Source: Bugula neritina
Lineage: Eukaryota > Animalia > Bryozoa
DNA length: 64,000 nucleotides
Assembly: GCA_964035545.1 (NCBI GenBank)
Contig: OZ037765.1
Coordinates: forward strand, 27,279,504 to 27,343,503
Direction of reading: 5' to 3'
Positions 1 to 15,200 of this stretch are shown here, one piece after another. Positions within the stretch are counted from its first letter, which is position 1; each line of letters opens with the position of its first letter. Below the pieces are notes generated by a model. It searched no databases. It was not told where the DNA came from and worked only from the letters and a program-made list of their open reading frames with translations. The position numbers and the translations under genes are program-made.

Positions 1-72
1 CACACTCTCAGACTACAAGAGTTTAACTCAGGACACACAGTGCATGCTGTGAGTAGAGAATGAAATACTTAC

Positions 73-3000
73 TTGATTCTTGCAATGGACTGTCAACTTC
101 TGCATCGCAACTGATGAAATCTTCTCCAGTTCAGCTTCTTCTAGCAACTCCACTGATACAGTTGTGAATTCTTTGGTTCTACACTCTGGCGTTGGCCAAA
201 ACTTTGGTAAAGACTAGAATAAAAGAAAAGAAAATTAGTCTATTTCAAAAGTAAGAAGAAAAAAGCTTAGTTTTGTATCATTAGAATTAAAGAAAATTAA
301 ATTTTTTATTCAATTAGTTCTAGTATTCAACTAACTAATCAAAGAAAATCAGAATGCTTAGCCTAAAGGATGGGAGCTAAAGGTATTCACCTTTTTATCA
401 TTGCACTCGCCCACAGCAGATGCTCCGCACAGCGTGACAACTGCAAAAGGCTTTTGTGTCTGCACCATCTTCCAGAAATCCTCAACCGTGCTGTTTAGAG
501 GATGTTGTGTGGCAATCAGGGCAGATCTCTTCCGATGATCCTACAAAATTATCTTAACGGTTAACGTCAGTATAATAAGTTTAATTAGATTGAAGGGGCT
601 CAATTTTTGGCTTCATTAGATGAGGCTAACTCGGAGTTGTTTACCCTATATCAGTATGGCTGATTTTTAATAATATCACTCAAGACAGATATTATTGCAG
701 TTTAAGGGAAATAACACTTTTTAACAGTATTGTTGAGTTTATATCTATGTCAAGTTGAATGCAAAAACCTTGAACTTTTGTTTATAACTGGAGACGTGCA
801 TTCAACTACTTACGTCTACAAACGTGGCATTGAGTTACTTACATCTACATACGTGGCATTGAGTTACTTACATCTACATATGTGGCGTTAATATAGTCAC
901 TGGGCATGTTGATGAGCATCACTCTTCTTTCATTGACTGAAATACAATACAACTATTAGTACTATCAACAAACTGTGTTCAAAACTTTGTTACAAGCATA
1001 AAGTGACTAAGTCAAACTACTTACAATAGAGATATTACTGACAAGTAAAGATAATTTAGATAAATAAACTTCTCCCTTTTGGTTTGCCGATGTTACAATT
1101 AATAGCAAATTTTAAAGTTTTTTAGCAGAACATTTCATTGAGTTGCTATTAGTGGACATAATTTTATTAAAATGTTTTGGGGTTTGACTATATTAGTTTA
1201 TTACACAATAAAAAGCTTGTAAATTCAAACCTCAAACTTAGGCTGAAAGTTGGGTAAATTTTTCTAAAACACCAGATAATGCCACCCATAAAATTATCTA
1301 TAAAAATTTAAATTCAAACAAATAGTTTCTGTAACAGTGCAAAAGGCAATAATTTATAAAATACAGCACAACAAATTGCTAACATTGTTTGAGTATTATG
1401 ATGGCATAAAGCTGTATACGCGGTATAAATATAATGCTTACATGGTATTACGTTGGCACATCTATTTTTAGCTAGATTATCTTTAGATGTGGCGTCTGTA
1501 TTTCTGTCTACATACAGCAGATCTTGTAGCTTCTATAAGAATATGGCACAGAGTCAATAACAGCCAATAAGAATGGATTACAAATTTCATAATCAATTAA
1601 TGAGAAGTTGTCCTACACTCTCCATGCAGACTTACCAAATAGAGAGCATCTAGTTGGCCCTTGCCTTTCAATTGGTCTTGCTTTATTATGTCATACTCTG
1701 ACTTAAACTCTGCTAAGCTGATGGTCGTGTCAAACCCCTCAGACGCCTCCAAAATGGCGTCATGTAAGAAGATATATTGATCCTGCAGAGGACAAATGTT
1801 GATAGTCAGTTAATATAACAGCTATAAATACTTAGCAATGCAGTAATTTATTACGTACACAGAATAGTACACAGCATCCAACTATGATAGTGACGTACCA
1901 GGGTTTGAATCATGTTGCACCTCTGTTTCCTCATTTGTGAAACATAGCCATACACATCCACTTTACCCTCCGACTCGGCTTGCTGAATCAGTGAATCCAA
2001 GGCTATGAAAGTTCCACTGCGACCCACACCAGCACTGAAGTATAAAAATACATGATAAATGTTGGCAGAAAGGTCAAAACACATTAACATTTCTACAATG
2101 TAGAATTATCAAGTGTAGGTTGAAAAGGGGTTTAGCATGTCTTCCACCCACCATTGTATGCCATCACTGAAAAAACAACTGGAATTTTAAAAAAGTGCTT
2201 CAATAACATAGTTTTTTTTTCAGCATCATTAGATTAGTGGTGAGATGAAAGATATCTAATAAAAGCCCCAACTTCTGCTATAATATGCCTAGATTGACTT
2301 ATACCTAGCCTTAACCACCTCATGTACATATATGTTACACAGTATTACAGCTAGTCTGATTAATGATCAGCACACATTTGCTAAAATAGGCTTCTAATTG
2401 CTGGAATTACATAGTATTTTACGCTAGACTATATATGAGCTTTAGAGTACCCAAGATATTTGTATTCAGATTGCAGTGAACACTGACCTGCAGTGACATA
2501 TGATTGGGCCATCGCTGGGGGTCTTATGCTGTCGAACTCTCTTCAGGAAGGATAGCAGAGTAGTAGCATGGGTTGGGGTACCATGGTCAGGCCACGCAGT
2601 GAAGTGGAACTGTTTAATGTGTCGCACCTCATCGTCCTATATCAACATAACACATAGAACTGTACCACATAACATTGTCTTCATATGCTGTTGTATTTGA
2701 AATAACTATTCTGCACTATCATACCACACCCTTTATTACTATAAAATATCATGTACTATAATATTTCTTATTTACAACACTACAACACTGTAAAGTTACA
2801 TTTGGGATTGGACTAAAAATCTACTAGTACTAATAATAATCAATACTGAATCACTTAGTCCAGTGTGTATATACAGCTAGTGAGACATGAGAACAGCAGA
2901 CTACCTGCTCCATAGTAAACGTCCTGATCTTATAATGAGCCAGACTCTTGGTGCTAGACAGAGTGACCTTGACATTGCCATACTGCACACCTTCCTGTTC

Positions 3001-6000
3001 CGGCCAGTATCGCTCACACTTGTGCTGAAAAGGCATAAAACTAGATTTAACAATCGATAACTACAGAAGAGTTACTTCTGCTGTTGAAAGCCTGCAGCTA
3101 ATGATAGCTTTTCATTGTTTGCCAAGAAATCTCAACATCCGTTTATTCAGAGCTTGTAAACTAAACATGGCTGGTCTTTAGCCTGGTCCTCAACTTGCAA
3201 AAAGTGAAAACATAACTCTGAGAGTGTTTTCAGTAGAGTAAATTTTGGCTCAGCACAAAATGTACTTTGCTCTTCTGATTGGGTCAATATATTATCGAAT
3301 AAGAGGAATAAAAGTTTTCTGGATGAAAGCAATATCAATAAACAAAATTGTTTTTACTTCCTTTAGAAACCATGGAAATGTATTTCTTGACTGAATAATC
3401 AACAGCAATACACACCCTAGTCTGCTCAATGGTGTTGGTCACCATGACAATGATAGTTGTGTTCTCCTGCCACGCCATGTGCCACAAATCATTGACTGTA
3501 AACTTAGTGGGGCCCTGCGTTGCAATATACTCCCTAGGGGTTTTGTAGCCCTGCGGACAATGTAAAGGTTTAATTATACCACACAATAACATGCATATAA
3601 AATACAACATTGCACAATAATATTAGTATTGGTACTTCTCATGATAATCAGTAAAGAATGTCATAAATGACTGTAGTATAGCTTGTAATTTTAAATAAAA
3701 AAGCTGCATTACTTGCAACTCAAAAAAGCTTACATTATGTGCTTTGTTACATATAATTATAACTAACTGATGGTGTAGTAATCAAATTAAGATTAAAGTT
3801 TAACATTCTAATTCAGCAATTACTTTCTCTAAGTGAAAATCAATTAAACCAAGTAACACTTGGATTTAACTTTACTGAACCAAGTTCAGCTAATCGATGA
3901 TTCAACATCAAAGAAAATTATAACAATATATTTACATTCTCAACAGAATTCTTATGTTTCTACTTGTATAATTATCAAATTGTAACACAGCACTTGAAAA
4001 ATTTCTCAGTAAAAACTAACTTATAATTCTAGACAGTTTCTACACAATCCAGAGTTATTGTAAAACATTGAAGAATAAATTTGATAGCACTGTAATAATA
4101 GATGGACACACTAAAGCTTACATCTATGTAGCTGGCATTGATATAGTCGGTATCTTGCTCGGGATGTTTCCCTCTCAGTATGACTCTAGAGTGATCATCT
4201 ACAGAATATGCATATCAGAAGTGAAACAGCTGGAATATATGATTTTTTGAACAGTAAAGTGAAAGAGTGGACAAGGCAAAAGGCGAAACAAAAACATGTG
4301 TTGGAATATTTTCCTGAACTCTAAATAGCTGAAAGACCAACTTGGTACATGAAAATTTTAACTCATTCTGATGTAAATAATTAATTATGAAGATTAAAGA
4401 CACTTCAGATTGCTAAAAACATAGTTCATGACGATAAACTGTAGAATATCACTATGAGTTATCATTTCTATCATAAATAGACTTTATAAAACTAGGATAA
4501 AAATATTATAAAGCTGATAGGATACAGATTAGCACTTGGATTTTATAACCAGGATGATGAGTTATATTTTATTTTATTATGAGTTATATTTATTGTTTTA
4601 TTGACACTAACTTGTCTTATATAATAAGATAATTTCATTACATATCAAACACTTAAGCTTACAGTAACACCAATATACCGTCTCTACAGCAGAAAACCTC
4701 ATAAAACTACAAGCTTACATATATATGCCTATATACAAATCTATTAACTTACAAGCTATGATGTTGCCATATCTGTTCTTATGTTTATTATCAGGAAGTT
4801 TAGCAACATCGTGAGAGAATTTCAGTCCCCAGGGTATCCGATTATATTCTTTCTTAAATCCTTCATCTGAAGATTTCAGCTCAATATATTGTCTCAGTTC
4901 TTCCACCATCACTGGGTAATTCTTCAGTCGGACATTATCATAGACTGGCTCTCCGTTTGGTTGCTTTGACATGTCTAAGCTGTCCACACTCACAGCATCA
5001 CCTACACAACAACACACTGCACGTTATATACACACAGCAGAGTAACAGGTGCTTGTATAGCAGGTACTTGTATAACTTACATAGAGCAGGTGTCTGTATG
5101 TCTCCTAAAACTGCCACCTTCACACATTTATATATACACCATGTGTGACACATACAGCAGTGTAACGTCACAATATTCATAAACCCAGATATTACAATAG
5201 ATACTTCAACAAGTGGTAGAAGTAAGTGGTGAGCTAATGCACAGGAAATGATAGAAAATGAGTCAGATGTTATGAGAGATGCAATCATGTTAATTCTACA
5301 GTTAGGAAGGTAGCAACTGCTTTGTTATATACTGTACAAGGATAATGAAGATGCTAATTGATTCTGGTAATTATAGTAACAGAGTAGACATTTGAGTTGA
5401 AGTGCAGCACCTTGTGCTCAATATTGTTAACCTACAGGGAAGAATGGCAACATTAATCCGAAGGGAAAGTTTGAGTTTCAAAATAAACAATTTTGCATCA
5501 ACTCAAAAGAATAATTCTGTAACATATCTGGCATACAACTCATGCTGATTTCTCTTGACAAGTTTTGTAGTTTGTTTTTTAACAATGAAATATATGGCTA
5601 TAGTTAGCAACATAACAATAGCTAAAATATTATACCTGCAGGTGAAACTTCCAAACTATCATGTAGCTGCAATATTGAGGAAATTTCAATCGTCTAAATC
5701 TCTTTAATTCTATATAAATTGTTGTCTGGTATGCAATTTTAATAAAAACAGAAGCCATTTTGTTCTGGAACACAAACATAAATATTACATCTAATTTCAC
5801 ACAGTCTTTGAATTTGCTGCTACTGAAAAATTCATTCCAACAAACTTTTAGCTGCTAGGTGTATTGTACAAATGAATGCCGCTTTAAAAAACTTCATATA
5901 ACGAACTTACGAACCAGAGCAAGCAAACCCATTCCCCATGCTAGCGGGTCTCACAAAAAATCCTTTACAAATAAACTGAGACGTGGTCAAAACAGCAAGT

Positions 6001-9000
6001 AGTAATAACAACAGTTGAGATGAATTGCAGTTACAGTAGTGCCTAGACTAACATATATACACACTTGCTATCTTCCAACACTTAGCAACACCAGGATTAC
6101 AACTTATCAGTATGACCGGACTTAGAATAAGCTGACCACTGTTACTTATATGGCAGCATTGTTGGGTGCTTATGTAAACTTTCAAGAGCAATAAACACTT
6201 TAATAAAGAATCTCGCATCAATACTCTTGAAAGCAAATTAATAAACTTAAAAATATTTAAAATTAGCTTCACCTGTTCCACAAAGTAGCAGCTTCCAGAA
6301 ACCTGATGATTTCTTACACCTTGCAGAGCGTTTCTCAATAAATTGCTTAGATGAGAGTGACATGGTGAATGAATTTATCAAAATGTATCCATGGTTAGAA
6401 AGCAGATATATTTATGATACACTAAAATCTCAAATGAAAATAATGTTTTGTATGAAAATATGAATTAAGCAATGTATACAAACCATTTAATGAAAATCTT
6501 GGCACGTGAAGTATATTATTATAATACCTGGTTCAGAATAAATAGTATGAATGTAAAGGAGTTTAATTCGGTTACTAAGAGTGAAGATTATATACTGTAA
6601 CACTAGTAGCATGTATGATAATCCCTAACCAGCGATAGAATGCAGTACTTAGCAGGCTGTTGCAATGCAACATTGCTTCTAATAATAGTAACTAGAAAGC
6701 AGCATGCCTGCCATGAAACTGGCAGCAGCAGCGTTATCTACACACATAAACATAGACATGTGGATACAGCTTGCTGATAACTCTACTATGTAGATGTCTA
6801 TGTCACAGGAAGTCATGTGACTTGTATTTGGAGCAGTAAACCAAACCTTTACACATCCATTAAACGCTTCAACTAACCTCATTTAGTGAAATTTCAAAAG
6901 ATGAAGATTATTAACAATAATATATACATTTCATCATGATTGAGTTACAAGTTTATACAAAAAATTATTGAAAATGCAATTTCAAAATCTTTCAAAGTTT
7001 GCAACAAAAAGTTTTGAACAGGGAACGGAGTTCATGCTTTAAACCTGGGCTCAAAGGACAACAGAGGCTCGGTGGAAATGGTTAGTGCTGATGACAAGTG
7101 AAAGTTGCTTATGTTAGCTCCATACCGACTACTGGGCATACAACAGTGTTATGTTGGTATTAGGAGACCAGCTCTGTGTTAGAGCAGAATATGAAAACAC
7201 TTTTAATAAAGTTGGTAGGAAATACATAAGACCATTATAATAGCAGTGTGGCGCCACAAATATAAACACCGTCAAATCTAACGAACTACCAGCTAACACC
7301 ATGCCGACAGTCACAGGAGGGACAGCAAAGAGAGAAGAACAGAAGCAAAGTCTTTCTAAATGCACAAAAGTACAGGATAAAGTACGGCAGAGAGAATACA
7401 TATTCCTAGAGCGTGAATTGTACGTCCTAAGAAATATACATTAGTGTGTTATGGAAGTAGCAAACTCACCATCTAGTTGCCGGTACATGCCTGTGTGATC
7501 AATAAAGTAGCTGGCGTTACAAATCAGCGCAAAGATGAAATTGAGTTGAATTATTTACAACAATATATAGAATTAGAAAATATCTCAGTGAATTCTACTG
7601 ACCTCTTTGATAAGTTCCGTTTGGTAGAAGAGTGCCATTTTCATTCAGCTCTAGAACCTTCTCTGAATCTGGAGTTCGAAACCTGAACTTCTTGTTCCTC
7701 TTATGCCTGTTAACAGACAAGTGAGCTATGTTACTACCTCAATCAGCATCAACAGCTGCCGCATATCACAACTGCGGCAGCAACATAAGGTACTTGTAAA
7801 GTTAGTGTACTGAATGCAGATAATGCTGCATAACATACTACAGGTATGCAAGTGTGTTTCATACTAAATAATCTATTACTATGTATAGAAGAATTAATTG
7901 TTTTTGCTGAATCAACTGCTAAAACCAAAGAAAACACTTTAAACTCTCAACAAAAGAATAGAATGCTATGCATTAACAATGAAACAACTAGCTAAATTGA
8001 GTTCACTGAAAACTATGTTATCAAAATTGTAATATCCAACCTATAGCTACACTTATTATAATAAACCACACAGTAAACTAAGTACTAGGCGTGTTAATAT
8101 CACCGCAGCTTTCATCTAAATTCTAAGCCAGCCCCCCTCAGCAAAAATCTCAAGTCCAATGGACCAACAAACTAATGCTATCCAATAGCATCACCCAGAA
8201 CAGGTTAGCTGGTCTCAAAAATCTGCATTCCATGTAATCTTGAAATTAAATGAATTCCAAAACTCACAATTTGTAAAACAACAGTTACTGTCAAAAGTGT
8301 TTCTCAAAAGTAAGCAACTCTTAATATATGACAAAAAAAGTGTTGAATTTGTGTGCACTAAATAGTGACTACTTGAGCTACCGGAGTTGTACACCCTAAC
8401 TTACTGTGACAATAACTCCAATTTGCAACATAAACTTGACAGGATATTACATACAGGAAGTAGTGGGGATGACTCACCTCACCAGCAGCATGACTAACAC
8501 TATCATGACGACAGCGCAAGCACACACAGCCACTATAATCCCGATGAGAGTAGAGGAAGCCATGATGGGGGACTTCTCCTGCACATGCTCTCTCGCTGTC
8601 AACACAACAACCAGAGTGTAACAGAACACACAGTTGTTGATTGCATTAGAAGTGGTTACAACAGATGAGTAATAATCTTTAGTTTGACGATTTAGTTTCA
8701 GAATAAATATCTTTGCATAGGGCAATGTCACTGCTAGTCTAAGAATATAAACCGAACTGCAGTATACAGAAAAAATTAATGTCTTAAATTTAAAATTACC
8801 ATGCTGATGATAAATAATTTTTCTTGGAAAATTTAGAATTGCTATTCAAAACAAGACTTAAATGCTGTACAGGTTTAAAGGCAATGTACGAAGACACTTT
8901 AATAGTTGAAACTAAAGCAAACATGCAGCCGACAAAAACAAAAATACAATTATATGGCTTTTCATTAGCATTTCATCAGGGAAGAAAACTCTCAATGATG

Positions 9001-12000
9001 AAATGGAAAAAATAAACAATAGGATTATTGCACAATAAACTAACCGACTACAGGCTGGTCCAAAGACACAAAGCTAAACTTCTCCACTCCATCAACAGTG
9101 TTTCCAGCACCATACCATATTTGGTATTGTTTCCCAGTTACCAGTGGAGGGTTGAAGTAGTTATTGTAGCTGTGAAAGATATGAACAAGTTTATTATATT
9201 ACCTAAACCCAACTTTCACATGAAATCAAAATAAAGTCTACTATAAATGCAATTGTCAATGACATCATTACCACAACTTGACAAAAATGATTAAATTTAT
9301 GTTGAAAATGAGGTTTTGACACACTAACTGGCATATAGTAACCTGGTTATAACTTTACATTCTTAGTATACAGGAGAAACACCTTGGCATAGAGCGAGAC
9401 ACCGTAGGAAGAAGGGAGGAGAGAGATTATTCAGCTGTATTTACATATTAAAATCTTGAAAAAGAGCCAAATGTTTGTGGGTTGTAAAAGCAATTTTTAT
9501 GTATGAAGAGAGTTGGCCCACCTTTTGTTGTTTCCAACAATAAATGTCATGGGCAGTTCATCCACATTGAGCTCTCCAGCTATATAACATGATCCTTCAC
9601 AGCACTTCTGACAGTCTTCAACTTTTGTTTGTGTAGAAGTTTGTGTATCTATACTCCTTTTAGATATCGATGTTATCTCCATTACCACAACTCTGTACAA
9701 ACTGGTTTAAAATAAGAGAAATGTATTAGTGAGCAATATATAAGAAAAACATCTAACATACACATAATGAGGTGATATCAACATTTAATCATTATAAATT
9801 TAGAAATTCCACTTTGCTATTGAATAACATGACATTATACAAAGCATCAAATTTCTATTCTAAACCTAGTCACCAAAAAAATGTTCATAATATTTTATAA
9901 TGTAATTAAAACCATAATATTATTCTTTGCACCGTAAAATAGAACCTACTACATATATGAATGCACAAGGCATAGAGCACAACTCCTACTATTAATCAAC
10001 TAAAAGTCTTGTAAGTGGTTGGTAGAACTACAGTCTAACAATTATATTATTATAAAATAGTTACCTGCAGCCTTTAGAAGAGCTTATTTCCAAGGCTATA
10101 GATGTGTCTGTGTTTTTCTCTTCTATAAACTTTGGAACTGTGGGTAGTGGTGGGTCTGTTGAGGATAAAGTAAAAAATTAACATTTTAGTTCAGAAAAAT
10201 CTAAATAGTCCATGGGATTATTTTGTGCACGTTGGAAAATTTTCATATTATTTTATTAAAACTTAAATTTTCATTATATAAATAATGAAAGTCATCATCA
10301 CTCACTCACTCACTCACTCACTCACTCACTCACTCACTCACTCACTCACTCACTCACTCACTCACTCACTCACTCAACTCGCTCACTCACTCACTCACTC
10401 GCTCACTCACTCACCCACATAACACATAAGTTCAGACTATATAATCAGATTAGAAGTTGTCTTACCTATGGGATCAGTAAACACGACCAGCTCTACCACA
10501 TCTTTAGAACAGCCTTCAGAATTGCAAGAGGTTAGTCTGCATATGTACCTTGTACTATGTGCCAAGCTAGTAGCATTATATTTGTTATATTCGTGAGGGA
10601 TTTTGTATATTTGCTCAGAGTTTCCATTGTCTGCCAGGATTGTCAACTAAAACAAGTATCAAATATATAATCAACAGCAAATAATATATAACATGTGGTT
10701 GATTTTCTCTAAAAAAATTATTGGACAATATTAAAACAGTGATTTTACTTTGCACTTTTGCCAGTGTTAAACCATGAGAAATGGCAACATTATTTTAAAA
10801 CTACTCTCAAATATATCAATATACAGATAATTGTCATTGCATTATTAATAGCTAGAATTTAGAGCTTTGAGGGTTTGATGATAAAGGCATAGCGTGAGAT
10901 GATAACTCTCCTTATATTATAACACGGATAATAACACCATGACACTCAGAAAGAGGCTAGCAGTTTGTGAGTTATCACTAGCTGCAATAAAGATTAATTG
11001 AGATTACTAGTTCAAGATAGCAGAGGACCATTACTCACCTTGAAGTTCTTTACTGGGTATCCACCATTACTCTTCGGTGGTAGCCAAGAAAATTCTATAT
11101 AGCTCTCCGTCTTTGATATATTTTGGAAACTCTCTACTGGGCCAGGCTCTAAAATTTGACAGATAATTTCTTAACATAAGTTGAGCACATGGGAATGGGA
11201 AACTCGTAACAACAATATCTTGAGCTGTTTTCTATTAGCTTCTGTTTAGAAAACTATAAATAAGCATTGTGTTATTCTTATACATTCAATTAACTTTTTA
11301 ATTTAAGTGAAACTTTTCAACTGCATAGCCGCTATGCAAGACAATGGAGTAATGGAAACACAACACCTGAAGATACAGAATGTAGATCATTTCATACTAC
11401 TAAAAAGTGAGAGTTTATTGAGTAAACAACTCAAACAAATATAAACAGAAGCTAAGTTTGTCAATCTCAGCTACAGACACCTGAGCTTCACATCTGTATG
11501 CAGCACGCATAGATGTGAGAACAAGTAACTACAATGCTCCTCCAAATCTCGTAGATCCAGTTCTCACGAAATTCCATAAGACACAAGAAGAGCGTGGACC
11601 AACATTTTGTGACTTATGCATGTGTATGTGGGGTCAAAATGGCTGTGAGTTGAATATGGTATTCTACTATCTCACGAATTGAGGTTTGGGTACCTGGAGT
11701 TTAGTGAGATACTAAAGCTACATGTACACACGCTGATTTTTTCAGCCGATTTTGTACTTCTCGATTTCGCTATTGCTGATTGAAAAATCGACTGATTTTC
11801 TAGGCAATTTTTATTTCCCGGGTTAATTTTCTGCTTGCGTTTTATTGGCGGATGGCTCTCAGTCTATACAACTTTCTTTTAGGTTCATGCGCAAAATTCA
11901 AGATTAGTTTCACGTGCATTAGCATAGTAAACTGAGTAAACATACATCGGCATTATTATAATATACATTCTTTTCACACGTGAAATGGCTAGAAAAGATC

Positions 12001-12162
12001 AACAAATTTTAGCAGCTGCAGCTTATATGTTATTTTATGACGATGAGGAAGACGAATCAATCAATGAGAAACGAGCCAGGAGGTGGTGGGTTGCGCCACA
12101 GTGCCAAAGTAGAGACCAGGAAGGCGAGTTGTATCCAGCTACTAAACGCTCACTACTACTAG

Positions 12163-12209
<47 letters not shown>

Positions 12210-15200
12210 GTACTAGTGTGTAGTACTAGTACTAGTAGTAGTACTAGTAGTAGTAGTAGCAGTAGTAGTAGCAGTAGTAGTAGTAGTACTAGTAGTAGCA
12301 GCAGCAGCAGTAGTAGTAGTAGTAGTACGTTAACATACATTCAATTTATGTAGTTACTTGTATTTCATAAATGATTTAGTACAAATCCCTAATGTCAAAC
12401 AATATGAATAACATAAAATAATTAGTAAATTATTATTACTATTAGTATTACTGTATTAGGCTGTCTAATTTTGTATCAGTATGAGTATTTTTTAGTTCAA
12501 GTTGTGAAACTGAAATATTGTAATTACACTTAATCTTATTTTGTGTAAAATCCTCTAAATAATCTGAAAAAAACAACAAAAATTGATAACATGCGTTCAA
12601 TATTAGACTAAGACTTTAAAGTTTGCTCTTAAAAGGCAGATTTAAAATTTAAACGAAAATTAATTCAATTTCTTAAACCTCTATTTCAATAATAGTCGAA
12701 TATTGAAAATTTGTTAATGATTTTATAGGTACATAAAATGTATAGTTATTTGCCAAATCTCACAAAGAAATATTGCAATTCAAGTTTGAGAGATTAATTT
12801 AATGTATGAGTTTCAAACTAAAAATCAATTGACTTATTAAATTAAACAAAAAAATATTCTTACTTCTCTTCATTAACCTACATCCTACAAATAGGTGAGT
12901 GTTTCATGACATTTAATTATTTAGTTATTTGGTGATTCTAATTTATAACTATTAATGTTTAATTGCAGTCTATACTAAATTAATTGAACTCACCTAAATA
13001 TCATATTGATGGGAATGTATATTTATTAATTACTTCTTGTTTGTATTTTAAATTATAGGTGCAATGAATACAACAGTCCCTAAGCTGCTACGTGATGATA
13101 GTTCGCGAAGGGTAGGGACTTTCACTCACTACTTTCGTATGCCAGAGCCACTCTTCGACAAGCTGCTGGAAATGGTCACTCCACTAACAAAAAAACAAGA
13201 CACTCAGATGCGGCCTGCCATTGATCCTCGGACTCGCCTTTCCTGCACTCTACGCTTCCTAGCAACTGGGGCAACAATGAGCGATCTTCATTACCAATTT
13301 CGTCTAGGTAGGTATATATATATTTTGTAATAGTATGTAATGTAATATTACTTGGTTGTTTGCATAATACTATTTTGTTTTTGTATGCTCTTCATTTCAT
13401 ATTGAAGGTGTAAAAACAATATCCAACATTATACATGAGATGTGTGCTGCAATTTATAAAGTGCTTCAGCCAACCCATCTAAGGTTTCCACAGAGCGCAG
13501 ATGAATGGCGAGCAGTAGCAAAGGACTACCTTGCTAGATGGAACTATCCTAACTGCATCGGATCTCTAGACGGCAAGCACATTGTATGTATTACAAAATG
13601 AAATTGTTATTTGTAGGCAATTTTCAAGGCGCAGAGTATTTCAATTTTGTGGTGTTTGTGGCTTATTTTAGCGGATAATGAAGCCCAAGTCTGCTGGTTC
13701 AGCATTCCACAACTATAAAGGCTATGAAAGCATAGTGTTGATGGCCATAGCAGACGCAAATCAAAGGTAATTAATGCATCCTTACTCTCTTGAATGCAAA
13801 AATTAATTTTCAACCCCAAATTTATTTGAGTGCAGACATGCTCTTTCCACAAAATGACAGCATCTGATACTTTGTAGGTTCATCTACATAAACGTTGGGG
13901 CCAATGGCAGAAGTTCAGACGCAGGCATATGGAGAGAGTCGCCTCTGAAGGAGTTACTTGAGAGTGACCAAGTACACCTCCCAGATGATGCATGCTTGCC
14001 ATACACTGATAGCCTCGTACCCTACCACTTCGTATCAGACGAGGCATTTCCGCTAAAAAAGTACATGATGAAGCCATATCCAAGGTCTCGTGGCCCACTC
14101 AGCAACGATAAACTGGTGTTCAACTACAGGCTCAGTCGAGCCAGGAGAATTGTTGGTATGTAAATACTTTTTTTAATTACAATTATGGAATACATTCAGT
14201 GAAGTTAAACTAAAGAAATGATTTGTTTACCAATTTCGATATTTTATTTTAATCACAGAAAACTCATTTGGTAGACTCGTGGCAATGTGGCGGATATTCC
14301 AGCGGCCAATTAATCTGCAGCCTGACAAGGTAGACAACATCATAATGGCATGCTGTGCATTGCAGAACTATCTGCTAGACAACAATGCCATGACATTCAC
14401 AGTCGATGCCGATGCGTATGTTGAGAATGCTACCTGGCGACAAGAAGTTCAAACAGAGTTGCATCCACTGCAACGTCGCCTGGCCGGTAATCATGCAGGT
14501 AGAGAGCCAAAAGACATCCAGGAGACTCTTTGCAGATGGTTCAATGGGGTTGGGCGTGTTGACTGGCAGGATAGGATGGTGGCTATTGGCCAGGGTTTGC
14601 AACAGCATTTAACGGGATGATTGACTCTTTTGCTAGTTAGCAATGCATGTACTTTTGATTAAAATATTACATATTTTGCATTATATTTTACAAGAAATAT
14701 TGATATTTTTGTTTCAGTTTTGTTTAAAACTATGCATATATTTATTTACACAACATACAAAAATTTACATATATTCATAAGTCATGTGTGCATTTAGTTG
14801 CGATAAAATTGAAGAAGTACTCTCATGTGGTGATTCGGCTACGGCACCGTCTTCAGCAGAAGCACTAGCTGGCAGCAAACTGGGCACGTATGGCCTCCTA
14901 GTTGTTTCCGACTGCTGGCAGATAGCATCCACAACTTCCCCAGACAGGCGATGCATCAAGCGTCTCCTTACCTACAAAAAGTATATGAATTGATAAGCAG
15001 TGGTTTGATAATATTTTAATCGCAACTAACGAAGTCTTGAGTCTTTTTAGTTACAATGCTTACAGCAACATTGGTGATCTGGCGTAGGTCAGCAACAAGC
15101 GCATCACCCCACAAGTCCAAGTGGTCCTTGGTTGGAGTGTTCAGAAACTCCAAACACTTCATCCTTAGATGATCTTTGGGATTGGATTCTAGTGGTCGCT

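Noticed and set aside
11985-12353. 122-aa poly-Leu/poly-Ser ORF and its antisense 101-aa ORF
   Set aside because: Only the first 46 codons are a real transposase exon; the rest is read-through into a CTA/TAG microsatellite.
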